This document shows positions 17,545 to 25,155 of a DNA stretch of 38,383 nt, in pieces; the first letter of the stretch is position 1; the number at the start of each line of letters is the position of its first letter. The stretch is from positions 1 through 38,383 of the forward strand of contig JACPCX010000096.1 of NCBI GenBank assembly GCA_016184305.1. The letters run 5' to 3'. This DNA is from Candidatus Rokuibacteriota bacterium (GTDB taxonomy: Bacteria; Methylomirabilota; Methylomirabilia; Rokubacteriales; CSP1-6). Under the pieces are notes generated by a model. The model saw only the letters and a list, made by a program, of their open reading frames with translations, was not told the DNA's origin and did no database searches. The position numbers and the translations under genes are program-made.

Positions 17545-17932
17545 ATGGCCGACCACGTTCTCGAGACGCGCTTCTGGCTTTCTCACCCGCGGGCTCGGGT
17601 CTTCGAGCTCTTCGCGGACCCGCGTCACCTGACGCTGGTCCACCCGGAGTCGGGGCGCCCGCGGTGGCTCGCGCCCCCTCCCGGACGGCTCGAAGCGGGC
17701 TCCGTCCTGGACTTCAGCGTGCGGATCCTGGGCGTGCCGCGGCGCTGGCGCGTCATCATCCGGGAGTGGGACCCACCCTACCGCTTCGTGGACCTGGGTG
17801 GAGGATCGCCTCACCTACCGGCTGCCGGCCGGCCCGCTGGGCCGTGTCGCCGACGCGCTCTTCGCGGGGCGCCGGATCGCGCGGCTGTTCGCTCACCGCG
17901 AGCGCCGGCTGCGGGAGCTCCTCGGTGGCTGA
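17545..17932 (+). pseudogene. SRPBCC family protein, internal deletion with frameshift
   Basis: Frame 1 ...WRVIIREWDPPYRFVD, then another frame TWVEDRLTYRLPAGPLG...LFAHRERRLRELLGG*. The usual GPF..W.H.H.F segment is missing at a GGAC junction (~17790). Confidence 0.75.
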
Positions 17933-17958
17933 TCTCCTGGGCGCGCCTGGAAGCTGGG

Positions 17959-18630
17959 CTAGCGGGAGCGCGTGACGCCGACGCGCGGGCAGAGACCCCG
18001 CACCGGGCAGATGGAGCACTTCGGGGAGACCGGCGCGCAGACGTTCTGACCGAAGGAGACCAGCAGGTCGTTGTAGCCGATCCAGTACCGGCGGGGCAGG
18101 CAGGCCCGCAGCGCCACCTCCGTCTTCTCCGGGGTCCGTGTCCTCACATAGCCGAGCCGATTCGAGATCCGGTGAACGTGGATGTCCACACAGATCCCCG
18201 GCTTGCCGAAGCCCACCGTGACCACGAGGTTGGCCGTCTTGCGCCCCACGCCCTTCAGGGTCAAGAGCTCATCGATGGTGTCCGGCACGCGGCTGCCGAA
18301 GTGCTCCAGGAGGTCGCGGCACACCCCCAGGATGACGCGCGCCTTGGTGCGGTAGAAGCCCACCGGGAAAATGGCCCGCTCGATGGCCGGGGCCGGCAGG
18401 CGCAGCATCACGGCCGGCGTGTCGGCCAGCGCGAAGAGCCGCTCCGCGGCAGGTCCCGTCGTCTCGTCCTTGGTGCGCAGCGACAGCAGGCAGGCGATGA
18501 GGACGCGGAAGGGGTCGCGGCGGCGATCGGCCACCTCGGTGAGCGCCGTGGGCCGCCAGCGCGGGGCCTCCTTCCGGAGGCGGCGGAGGATGCGGCCGAT
18601 GGCCGGCCGAGCGCGGCGGGGAGCGGTCAG
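17959..18630 (-). CDS. nth: Endonuclease III
   Basis: DPFRVLIACLLSLRTKD, VGFYRTKA, HhH LKGVGRKTANLV, VDIHVHRI, C-X6-C-X2-C-X5-C. Start uncertain (no ATG/GTG; CTG 18630 overlaps upstream stop). Confidence 0.9.
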   Translation of the reverse strand: MTAPRRARPAIGRILRRLRKEAPRWRPTALTEVADRRRDPFRVLIACLLSLRTKDETTGPAAERLFALADTPAVMLRLPAPAIERAIFPVGFYRTKARVILGVCRDLLEHFGSRVPDTIDELLTLKGVGRKTANLVVTVGFGKPGICVDIHVHRISNRLGYVRTRTPEKTEVALRACLPRRYWIGYNDLLVSFGQNVCAPVSPKCSICPVRGLCPRVGVTRSR

Positions 18631-19361
18631 GAGCGGTCCTTGAGGGAGTCCAGGAGCTCTCGGGCCTGCTTGGAGTCCTTGAGCGTCCAGTCCGCCAGGT
18701 TGCGGGGCTGCTTCTCGTCGAGCACGGCGCGCAGCTCCCGTCGCGCCTCGTCCAGACGGTTCTTCTTGACCAGGGTCTTGGCGAGCCCCACGCGACACCC
18801 GGTGTACTTCGGATCCAGATCGAGCCCCTTGCGGAACATCTCCTCGGACTTGTCGAGATCGCCGCCGAAGAGGCCGGGCACCTCCGCGTAGACGTTGCCC
18901 GCCAGCGAGTAGGCGCCCGTGAGCTTCGGGTCCAGCTCCAGCGCGTTCCGCATACCTTCCTTCACGGTGGGGAGCAGGAAGAGCGAGCGCAGGACTCCCT
19001 TGGTTTGCCCCCAGCGTCCCGCATTGGTCGCGTGCCAGAAGTGCGCGAGCGCGCTGCGGGGCGCGAGCTCCACGGCGCGCTTGGCGGCCTGGCGTCCGCG
19101 GTCGTAGGCCTCGAGCTTCTCCTCGGGAGTCCTCGCGCGGACGTCCCCCCACATGTAGGAGATCTGGGCGAGCGCGAGGAAGTTGTCCAGGTGGGAGTCC
19201 GTCTTCAAGGCCTCGGTGAGACCCTGGTAGAGCCGGTCGAGGCGGGTCGGGTCCTCGTGGTAGCGCGCCTCGACGGCGCGGAGATCGGCGACCAGCGGCG
19301 ACTGGGCGGATGCCGCCCCGGCCGAGGCGACCACGAGCACGGCCGCGATCAAGAGCCGCAT
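18627..19361 (-). CDS. Secreted TPR protein (TatT-like TPR family)
   Basis: Signal peptide MRLLIAAVLVVASAGAASA. TPR helices AHFWHATNAGRWG, GNVYAEVPGLFGGD. Confidence 0.8.
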   Translation of the reverse strand: MRLLIAAVLVVASAGAASAQSPLVADLRAVEARYHEDPTRLDRLYQGLTEALKTDSHLDNFLALAQISYMWGDVRARTPEEKLEAYDRGRQAAKRAVELAPRSALAHFWHATNAGRWGQTKGVLRSLFLLPTVKEGMRNALELDPKLTGAYSLAGNVYAEVPGLFGGDLDKSEEMFRKGLDLDPKYTGCRVGLAKTLVKKNRLDEARRELRAVLDEKQPRNLADWTLKDSKQARELLDSLKDRS

Positions 19362-19368
19362 GACGGCC

Positions 19369-19397
19369 ATGCTAGGGCGGGGTCGGCCGGGTGTCAA
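19369..19397 (-). promoter_or_regulatory. Sigma70-type promoter for leaderless TPR gene
   Basis: TTGACA-N17-TAGCAT, 7 nt before ATG 19361. Confidence 0.75.
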
Positions 19398-19647
19398 CGG
19401 GCGTGGCTTGCTTGCCACCCCCCAGTTTTCTGCCGATTCGCGGCCCGGCGCCGGGCGGCCCAGAGAGGCCGGACCGAGGACGGCGGTCGCGGGCCAGATG
19501 CACTCGGTGAAAATAGCTACCCGCGGGTGGACGTGAGGCGAAGACGGTGGTGGCGCCCGCCGCATCCAAAGCGCGGCGTGCTGGACCGGTGCGGCAGCGG
19601 GATGCCTACGGAAGATACAACGGAGCTCGGCTCGATACTGCGTCGAA

Positions 19648-21015
19648 TCAAAGCGTAGGGGCGACGTGATACAGGCCGCGGCCGTCGAGGGTCCGCGCGA
19701 ACAGCCGCGCGATGGTCGTGGCCAGCTCGGCGAGGAACTCCGCGCACAGCCCGCCCAGCAATAAGGCGGCGACCGTCCGCGCCGATAGGATGCGCGTCGT
19801 CCCATGGCGGGCGCGGGCGCGCCCGTCCTCCACCCGCTCCCGGGCGCGCTCGGCCACCGCGCTGAGGCCGAGGGCCACGACCAGCCCATACGCGAGGGTG
19901 AAGGCCATAAGCAAACGCTGCACACGCTCGCTGATGCGCACTTCCAGGCGCAGGCCCCGCACGCCGAGATGGGTCTTGAAATCGCGGAAGCCCTGCTCGA
20001 TCTGCATGCGCCGGCGATAGAGGGCGACGACTTCGTCGGTGGGAAAGGTCGCGGCGGACCCCGGGGGGACCACCAAGTACCAGCACTCCTGGTGGCCCCG
20101 CTCGTAGTAGATGACGAGGTCCACTTCGAGGGGGTGGTCGCCACGATATTCAATGCGTTCTAAGCGGCGGGGCTTGCCGTGCGGAGCGCGGAAGCGGCCG
20201 AGCGCTCGCCGCTTCCGCCGCCCGCGTTTGCCGCATTGGATGATCACGTCGCGGCGGGCGCGGAAGATGAAGCGCGTGCGGGGATGGGCCAGGAGGTCTT
20301 TCATGAGGCTCACCCGGGCATAGCCGCGGTCGAGGATGAAGCACAGGGTCAGCAGTGGGGGCGCCGCCTCGAGCAGGCGTAAGAAGAAGGTCCGTTCCAG
20401 GAAGTTCTGGCTCTTATCCCGCTCGGGCTTCGTCTGAATCCCTTCGTAGGTGAACGTCATGAGCGCCAACGGCAGGATGCGCCCGGCCAAGGGGAGGCCG
20501 GCCACCAGGAGTTGGACGGCCCCGAGGGCCGATTGATCCACGATGACGGGCACCACGGTGGGGGCGGTGGTCACGCCGAGGAAGACGGCGAACAAGCCGT
20601 CGGTGAGGCCCTGGGGATCGAAGAGCCGATTATCCAGGAAGCGGTTGAGCCGCTTATAGCGCTGCTTGAAGCTCGTGGGCGGCGGCAGGGCCCGGGCCAC
20701 GGCGGCGAGCGTGAGGTGGCCCTGGCCGGAGCGGAGCGCGGCGGTGAGGGTCACGAAGGCGTCGACGAGGAGGGTGAGATTCTTGCGGACGGGACGATGC
20801 AGGGAGGTGAAGAAACCATCGATGAGGGCGCGGATGCGATCGGCGCCGAGGCGGGCGCCCGGCAGTGCGGCGGCCGCCGGAGGCGGCGGCGCCTCCGAGG
20901 GGCGGCGGCCGCGCGGCGCTACTCGCGCCGGCGACGCGGAGCCGCCCCGGCGTCGAGCCACCGCCGCCGCAGGAGTTGGCGATTGATCGCGGACACCTTT
21001 TCGAGTCCATCCCAC
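19648..21015 (-). CDS. IS4-family DDE transposase (true start uncertain)
   Basis: VIVDQS (D), ILDRGY (D), YRRRMQIEQGFRDFK (YREK/E signature). Confidence 0.9.
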   Translation of the reverse strand: MGWTRKGVRDQSPTPAAAVARRRGGSASPARVAPRGRRPSEAPPPPAAAALPGARLGADRIRALIDGFFTSLHRPVRKNLTLLVDAFVTLTAALRSGQGHLTLAAVARALPPPTSFKQRYKRLNRFLDNRLFDPQGLTDGLFAVFLGVTTAPTVVPVIVDQSALGAVQLLVAGLPLAGRILPLALMTFTYEGIQTKPERDKSQNFLERTFFLRLLEAAPPLLTLCFILDRGYARVSLMKDLLAHPRTRFIFRARRDVIIQCGKRGRRKRRALGRFRAPHGKPRRLERIEYRGDHPLEVDLVIYYERGHQECWYLVVPPGSAATFPTDEVVALYRRRMQIEQGFRDFKTHLGVRGLRLEVRISERVQRLLMAFTLAYGLVVALGLSAVAERARERVEDGRARARHGTTRILSARTVAALLLGGLCAEFLAELATTIARLFARTLDGRGLYHVAPTL

Positions 21016-21272
21016 CAGCGAGCGTAATTACGCAGCCAGCGCCGGACGGCGGGCACGAGAGGCAGGGGGACGGTGAGTTGTTCGGTGCGGCCGCCGGCGA
21101 AGCTGACGGTCAAGTAGAACACCCGGTGGCCGGTGCTGCGGGCGCAGTGGCAGGTGGGCTTGCCGCAGCGGAGGTACCGCTCGACCAAGGACCCCCGGAC
21201 GACTTCGGTCAGCGGCGGCAAGGTCTCAACGATCGAGAGGCGACGACGAACCAGGCGATCACGGGGTCGCAT
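20919..21272 (-). CDS. DUF6788-like protein (putative Zn-binding, IS-associated)
   Basis: RGSLVERYLRCGKPTCHC...GH..FYLT motif, C-terminal helix NYARWWDGLEKVSAIN. Confidence 0.8.
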   Translation of the reverse strand: MRPRDRLVRRRLSIVETLPPLTEVVRGSLVERYLRCGKPTCHCARSTGHRVFYLTVSFAGGRTEQLTVPLPLVPAVRRWLRNYARWWDGLEKVSAINRQLLRRRWLDAGAAPRRRRE

Positions 21273-21308
21273 GTCTTACGTCTATACGAACGTAAGGCAT
21301 TGGTCAAG
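21271..21308 (-). promoter_or_regulatory. IS internal promoter with overlapping inverted repeat (putative operator)
   Basis: A-tract plus TTGACC upstream of DUF6788 ATG. ATGTCTTACGT-N8-ACGTAAGGCAT (10/11 match) covers the -10 region and start codon. Confidence 0.6.
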
Positions 21309-21469
21309 TTTTTTCGTGAGTAGGGTAACGCGCTCGATTAGGGGTGCTGCCCTAGCTGTGGCTGCTTTGCTGCTTCACCGGTCTGTGAAGTCCCGCGGCG
21401 AGGGGCCCGGCGGGCTGGGGCGGCCGGGCTCGGTACCCGGTCAGAAACTGGGGGGTGGCAAGGCGTGGC

Positions 21470-21498
21470 TTGAACCTGGCGGATCGCCCCGGTATGGT
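21470..21498 (+). promoter_or_regulatory. Sigma70-type promoter for leaderless DUF4149 gene
   Basis: TTGAAC-N17-TATGGT, 6 nt before ATG 21505. The TTG of the -35 lies within the TSD. Confidence 0.65.
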
Positions 21499-21504
21499 AG
21501 CGCC

Positions 21505-21984
21505 ATGAGACATCTCACGATCATCGCCACGTCGCTCTGGCTGGGCGCGATGGGTTTCTTCGCCTTCGTCGCGGCCCCGGTGGCCTTCGGGGTGCTGGGG
21601 CGCGAGTCGGCGGGACGCCTCATCGCGGCCGTGATGCCCCGCTATCACTGGATTGGCCTGGCCCTGGGGATCCTCGCGCTCAGCGGGATCATCGGCCGCT
21701 GGGGGCGGGGAGGCGGGGGCCTCCTCGATCGGCTCCCCCTCCTCCTGGTCGGCCTGATGCTCGCCCTCACGGCCTACTCGCTCTTCGTGCTGCTACCTCA
21801 GGTCGACGCCCTGCGTCTGGCGCTGCCGCCCGGCCGATCGGCCGAGGCCCTGGCCGTCTCGCCCGACGCGGCACGCTTCGCGCGGCTGCACATGGTGTCC
21901 ACCGGGCTGGGTCTGGCGGTCATGGGCGCGGGGATCTGCGTCGTGATCCTGGAGGCGGTTCGCCGCGGGGACAGGTTGCCATGA
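21505..21984 (+). CDS. DUF4149 domain membrane protein
   Basis: LWLGAMGFFAFVAAPVAF...AGRL...PRY, FARLH; four TM helices. Confidence 0.8.
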   Translation: MRHLTIIATSLWLGAMGFFAFVAAPVAFGVLGRESAGRLIAAVMPRYHWIGLALGILALSGIIGRWGRGGGGLLDRLPLLLVGLMLALTAYSLFVLLPQVDALRLALPPGRSAEALAVSPDAARFARLHMVSTGLGLAVMGAGICVVILEAVRRGDRLP

Positions 21985-22355
21985 CGCGCCCCTTCGAGCC
22001 CCTGGGCCTCGACCACATCGTGCTGCGCGTGCGCGACCAGGAGGCCTCGCGCCGCTTCTACGCCGAGGCCCTGGGGTGCACGCTGGACCACGTCAACCCG
22101 GAGGCTTCGCTGGTCCAGCTCCGCTTCGGCGAGCACCTGATCGATCTCCTGCCGGGCGAGCGAGGGGAGGGCGGCCTGGACCACCTCTGCCTGTCCATCA
22201 GATGCGCGGATCTGGTGGCAGCGGCCGCGGTCCTGGCGGGGCGCGGCGTGATCCTCGAGGGCGGCGTGGTCGAGCGGCGCGGGGCATTCGGCACGGGGCC
22301 CTCGCTGTATCTGCGGGACCCGGACGGCTACCGGATCGAGCTCAAGCCCCGCTGA
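21981..22355 (+). CDS. VOC/glyoxalase family protein
   Basis: LDHIVLRVRD, FY..ALG, DHLCL, GAFGTGPSLYLRDPDGYRIELK. Confidence 0.9.
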   Translation: MTRPFEPLGLDHIVLRVRDQEASRRFYAEALGCTLDHVNPEASLVQLRFGEHLIDLLPGERGEGGLDHLCLSIRCADLVAAAAVLAGRGVILEGGVVERRGAFGTGPSLYLRDPDGYRIELKPR

Positions 22356-22830
22356 CCCCGTCCGGCGGCGCGGCGAGTCGGAGCAGCGCCCCGACGATGC
22401 GCGCCGGGGGCACCGGGCCGCCGTGGCTCGGCGCCTGCAGCAGGCATCCCTCGGCGGCGCCGAGGATGATGGCCGCGAAGGCGCTGGCGTCCAGGTTGGA
22501 GCGAAAGGCGCCGCCCGTCACGCCTTCAGCGACGATCTCCTGGAGGGACAGGCGGCTCTGCTCGCGGAGCCATGCCATGGTCAGCCGGTACTGCTTGTCC
22601 TCCCGCGCCTTGGTCCATCCCGTCAACAGGAGGCCCGAGAACTCCGGGTCGCTCTCGCCGTAGGCGCCGAAGAGAATCTCGAGCGCGCCCTCCAGCTTCA
22701 CGGCGGGCGGATCGCTCCCCTTCGCCACGCGCGCCAACTCGCGGACGATGGGCAATCCACGCTCCTCGACGGCCGGGGCGCCGGGCCGCCGCGGGCGGCG
22801 CCGGGCAACGGGTGCGCGTTTCCGTGCCAC
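22342..22830 (-). CDS. TetR C-terminal-domain-like protein lacking an HTH
   Basis: LQEIVAEGVTGGAFRSNLDA..A.IILG resembles BetI/TetR_C. GATAAT 6 nt before GTG. Confidence 0.6.
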   Translation of the reverse strand: MARKRAPVARRRPRRPGAPAVEERGLPIVRELARVAKGSDPPAVKLEGALEILFGAYGESDPEFSGLLLTGWTKAREDKQYRLTMAWLREQSRLSLQEIVAEGVTGGAFRSNLDASAFAAIILGAAEGCLLQAPSHGGPVPPARIVGALLRLAAPPDGVSGA

Positions 22831-22866
22831 GCGGCGATTATCCCACGCTCGGCCAGGGCTGACCTG

Positions 22867-23256
22867 TCAGGGGCTCTCGGTGCGTGTCCCCTCCGCGATC
22901 TGATAGGCCTCGACGCCGACCCTGAAGCGCTTCTCGCGCCCGGCCGAGAGCAGCCGCAACTCGAAGGCCACCGCTCCCTTGACCGGCACGAGCCCCGGGA
23001 GATACGCCCGTCCGCGGCTCACCACCTGGCCTCCCTCATCGAGCCCCTCGGCGAGCACGACCACGCGCTCGTAGGGCACGCTCGCGCGATTCCTCACCTC
23101 GCCGAAGATGATGACCCGGGAAGCCCCCGCCCGCCCGGCCTCCCAGGAGACCGAGAGCCCGGATGCCAACTGGGGGGTGTAGGTCTGGGCGACCGCCCGA
23201 TCGAAGCCCAGGCCGAGCGCCAGGGGGAGCAGCAGCACGGCCAGCAGACGCGCCAT
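22867..23256 (-). CDS. Small secreted protein (FxLYD-like Ig fold)
   Basis: Signal peptide, then GEVRN...V.V.AEGLDEGGQVV...VP.KG..AF pattern. TGATG coupling to the permease. Confidence 0.6.
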   Translation of the reverse strand: MARLLAVLLLPLALGLGFDRAVAQTYTPQLASGLSVSWEAGRAGASRVIIFGEVRNRASVPYERVVVLAEGLDEGGQVVSRGRAYLPGLVPVKGAVAFELRLLSAGREKRFRVGVEAYQIAEGTRTESP

Positions 23257-24404
23257 CACTCGTACCGCAGCGCTTCGATCGGGTTGAGGAGCGAGGCCTT
23301 CCGGGCGGGGTAGAAGCCGAAGAAGATGCCCACGGTGGCGGAGAAGCCGAAGGCGAGCAGGATCGCCTGGGCGTTGATGAGGGTGCGCCACGCGGCGAGA
23401 TAGGCGATGGCGTAGGAGCCGACCAGCCCCATGACGATCCCGATGATCCCGCCGATGAGCGACAGCGTCACCGCCTCGACGAGGAACTGGGTGAGGATGT
23501 CCCGGCCCCGGGCGCCGACCGCCATCCGGAGCCCGATCTCGCGCGTCCGCTCCGTCACGGACACCAGCATGATGTTCATGATCCCGATGCCCCCGACGAG
23601 GAGCGAGACGGAGGCGATGGCGGCGAGGAGCATGGTGAGGATCCGCGAGGACTCCTCCTCGGCCTGGAGCATCTCCGACAGGTTGCGAATCCAGAAGTCG
23701 TCCTCCTGGTAGGCCTGCAGCCGGTGGCGCTGCCTGAGGAGCTGCCGCATCTCCTCCTCCACGGCCTTCATGGTCTCCCCGTCGCGGACCCGCACCGTGA
23801 TGACATTCACCGAGTCGGCCCTGGGGTGCGACGGGCCCAGCACGCGCTTCTTCGCCGTGGTGATCGGGATCACGACGGTGTCGTCCTGGTCCTGGCCCCA
23901 GTTGCTCTGGCCCTTCCGCTCGAGGACGCCGATGACTGTCAAGGGCGTCTCGCGGACCCGGATGATCTGGCCCACCGGGTCCCCGCCTCCGAAGAGGTTG
24001 GCGACCACGGTTTGCCCCACGAGGACGACCTTGGCAGCGCCCTCCACCTCCTCCTGGGTGAACCAGCGCCCGGAGGCCGCCGCCCACTGCCGCGTCTCCT
24101 CGAGGTCGGGGGTGGTGCCCTGGATCACCGAGGCCCAGTTCTGGTTGCCGACGATCACCTGGCCGGTGCCCCGGAGGACGGGCGCCACGGACTGGACGGC
24201 CGCCAGCTCGCGGGCGACAGCCCGCGCGTCGCCCTCGGTGATGGTCGGGCGGCTTCCCAGGCCCATCCGGATCCCGCTCGACCAGACGCTGCCCGGCAGG
24301 AGGATGATGAGGTTGGAGCCCAGCGCCCGGATCTGCTCGGCCACGCGCAGAGGGTTGGCGCGGAGCGCTCGCAGCGCAATCCGGGTGCCGACCAGGATGT
24401 TCAC
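23256..24404 (-). CDS. MacB-like ABC transporter permease, first TM helix apparently deleted
   Basis: [63 protein letters not shown] is joined directly to VAEQI. Confidence 0.88.
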   Translation of the reverse strand: MNILVGTRIALRALRANPLRVAEQIRALGSNLIILLPGSVWSSGIRMGLGSRPTITEGDARAVARELAAVQSVAPVLRGTGQVIVGNQNWASVIQGTTPDLEETRQWAAASGRWFTQEEVEGAAKVVLVGQTVVANLFGGGDPVGQIIRVRETPLTVIGVLERKGQSNWGQDQDDTVVIPITTAKKRVLGPSHPRADSVNVITVRVRDGETMKAVEEEMRQLLRQRHRLQAYQEDDFWIRNLSEMLQAEEESSRILTMLLAAIASVSLLVGGIGIMNIMLVSVTERTREIGLRMAVGARGRDILTQFLVEAVTLSLIGGIIGIVMGLVGSYAIAYLAAWRTLINAQAILLAFGFSATVGIFFGFYPARKASLLNPIEALRYE

Positions 24405-25150
24405 GCCGCCTCCTCCGCCTCCGGCGGGGGCAGTCGCTTCGCCTCGGCCTCGGCATCGCGCGGGCTCGCGATGCGTTCGTCACGCCCCAGGACGCCGTCT
24501 CGGAAGTGCAGGATGCGACCTGCGTACTGGGCGATGTCGGCCTCGTGGGTGACCAGAACGACGGTGATCTTCTCGCGGCGGTTCAGGTCCTGGAGCAGCG
24601 CCATGATCTCGACGCTGGTCCGGGTGTCGAGATTCCCGGTGGGCTCGTCGGCGAGAATGAGGGCCGGGCCGTTGACCAGCGCCCGGGCGATGGCGACGCG
24701 CTGCTGCTGCCCACCGGAAAGCTGGCTCGGCTGGTGGTGCTCGCGGTCGGCCAGCCCGACGGCCCGGATCGTGCGCCGGGCTCGCTCCCGACGCTCGGCG
24801 GCAGGGATCCTTCCGTACATGAGCGGCAGCTCCACGTTCTCGAGGGCGCTGGCCCGGGCCAGGAGGTTGAAGCCCTGGAAGACGAAGCCGACCTTCTGGT
24901 TACGGATGCGCGCGAGCTGGGTGCCGCCGAGGGCGGAGACGTCCTCGCCGTCCAGGAAATAGCCTCCCGAGGTGGGGCTGTCGAGGCAGCCGAGCAGGTT
25001 CATGAAGGTGGACTTCCCGGAGCCCGACGGTCCCATGACCGCGACGAGCTCGCCCGCCTCGATGGTCACCGTGACTCCTCGAAGGGCGTGCACCGTCTGG
25101 CTGCCCAGCCGATAATCCTTGGTGAGCTTCGCTGTCTCGATGATCGGCAT
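24401..25150 (-). CDS. MacB/LolD-type ABC ATP-binding protein
   Basis: [43 protein letters not shown]. Confidence 0.93.
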   Translation of the reverse strand: MPIIETAKLTKDYRLGSQTVHALRGVTVTIEAGELVAVMGPSGSGKSTFMNLLGCLDSPTSGGYFLDGEDVSALGGTQLARIRNQKVGFVFQGFNLLARASALENVELPLMYGRIPAAERRERARRTIRAVGLADREHHQPSQLSGGQQQRVAIARALVNGPALILADEPTGNLDTRTSVEIMALLQDLNRREKITVVLVTHEADIAQYAGRILHFRDGVLGRDERIASPRDAEAEAKRLPPPEAEEAA

Positions 25151-25155
25151 GGCGG

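Larger units (their letters stand above)
19411..21462 (-). mobile_element. Complete IS4-family insertion sequence (2052 bp) with DUF6788-like accessory ORF
   Basis: 18-bp perfect TIR CTTGCCACCCCCCAGTTT at both ends. 10-bp TSD GCGTGGCTTG at 19401-19410 and 21463-21472. Encodes a DDE transposase. Confidence 0.93.

Noticed and set aside
17933..18891. C-terminal part of the 448-aa ORF 17545..18891
   Set aside because: Wrong-frame read-through after the SRPBCC frameshift, antisense to nth.
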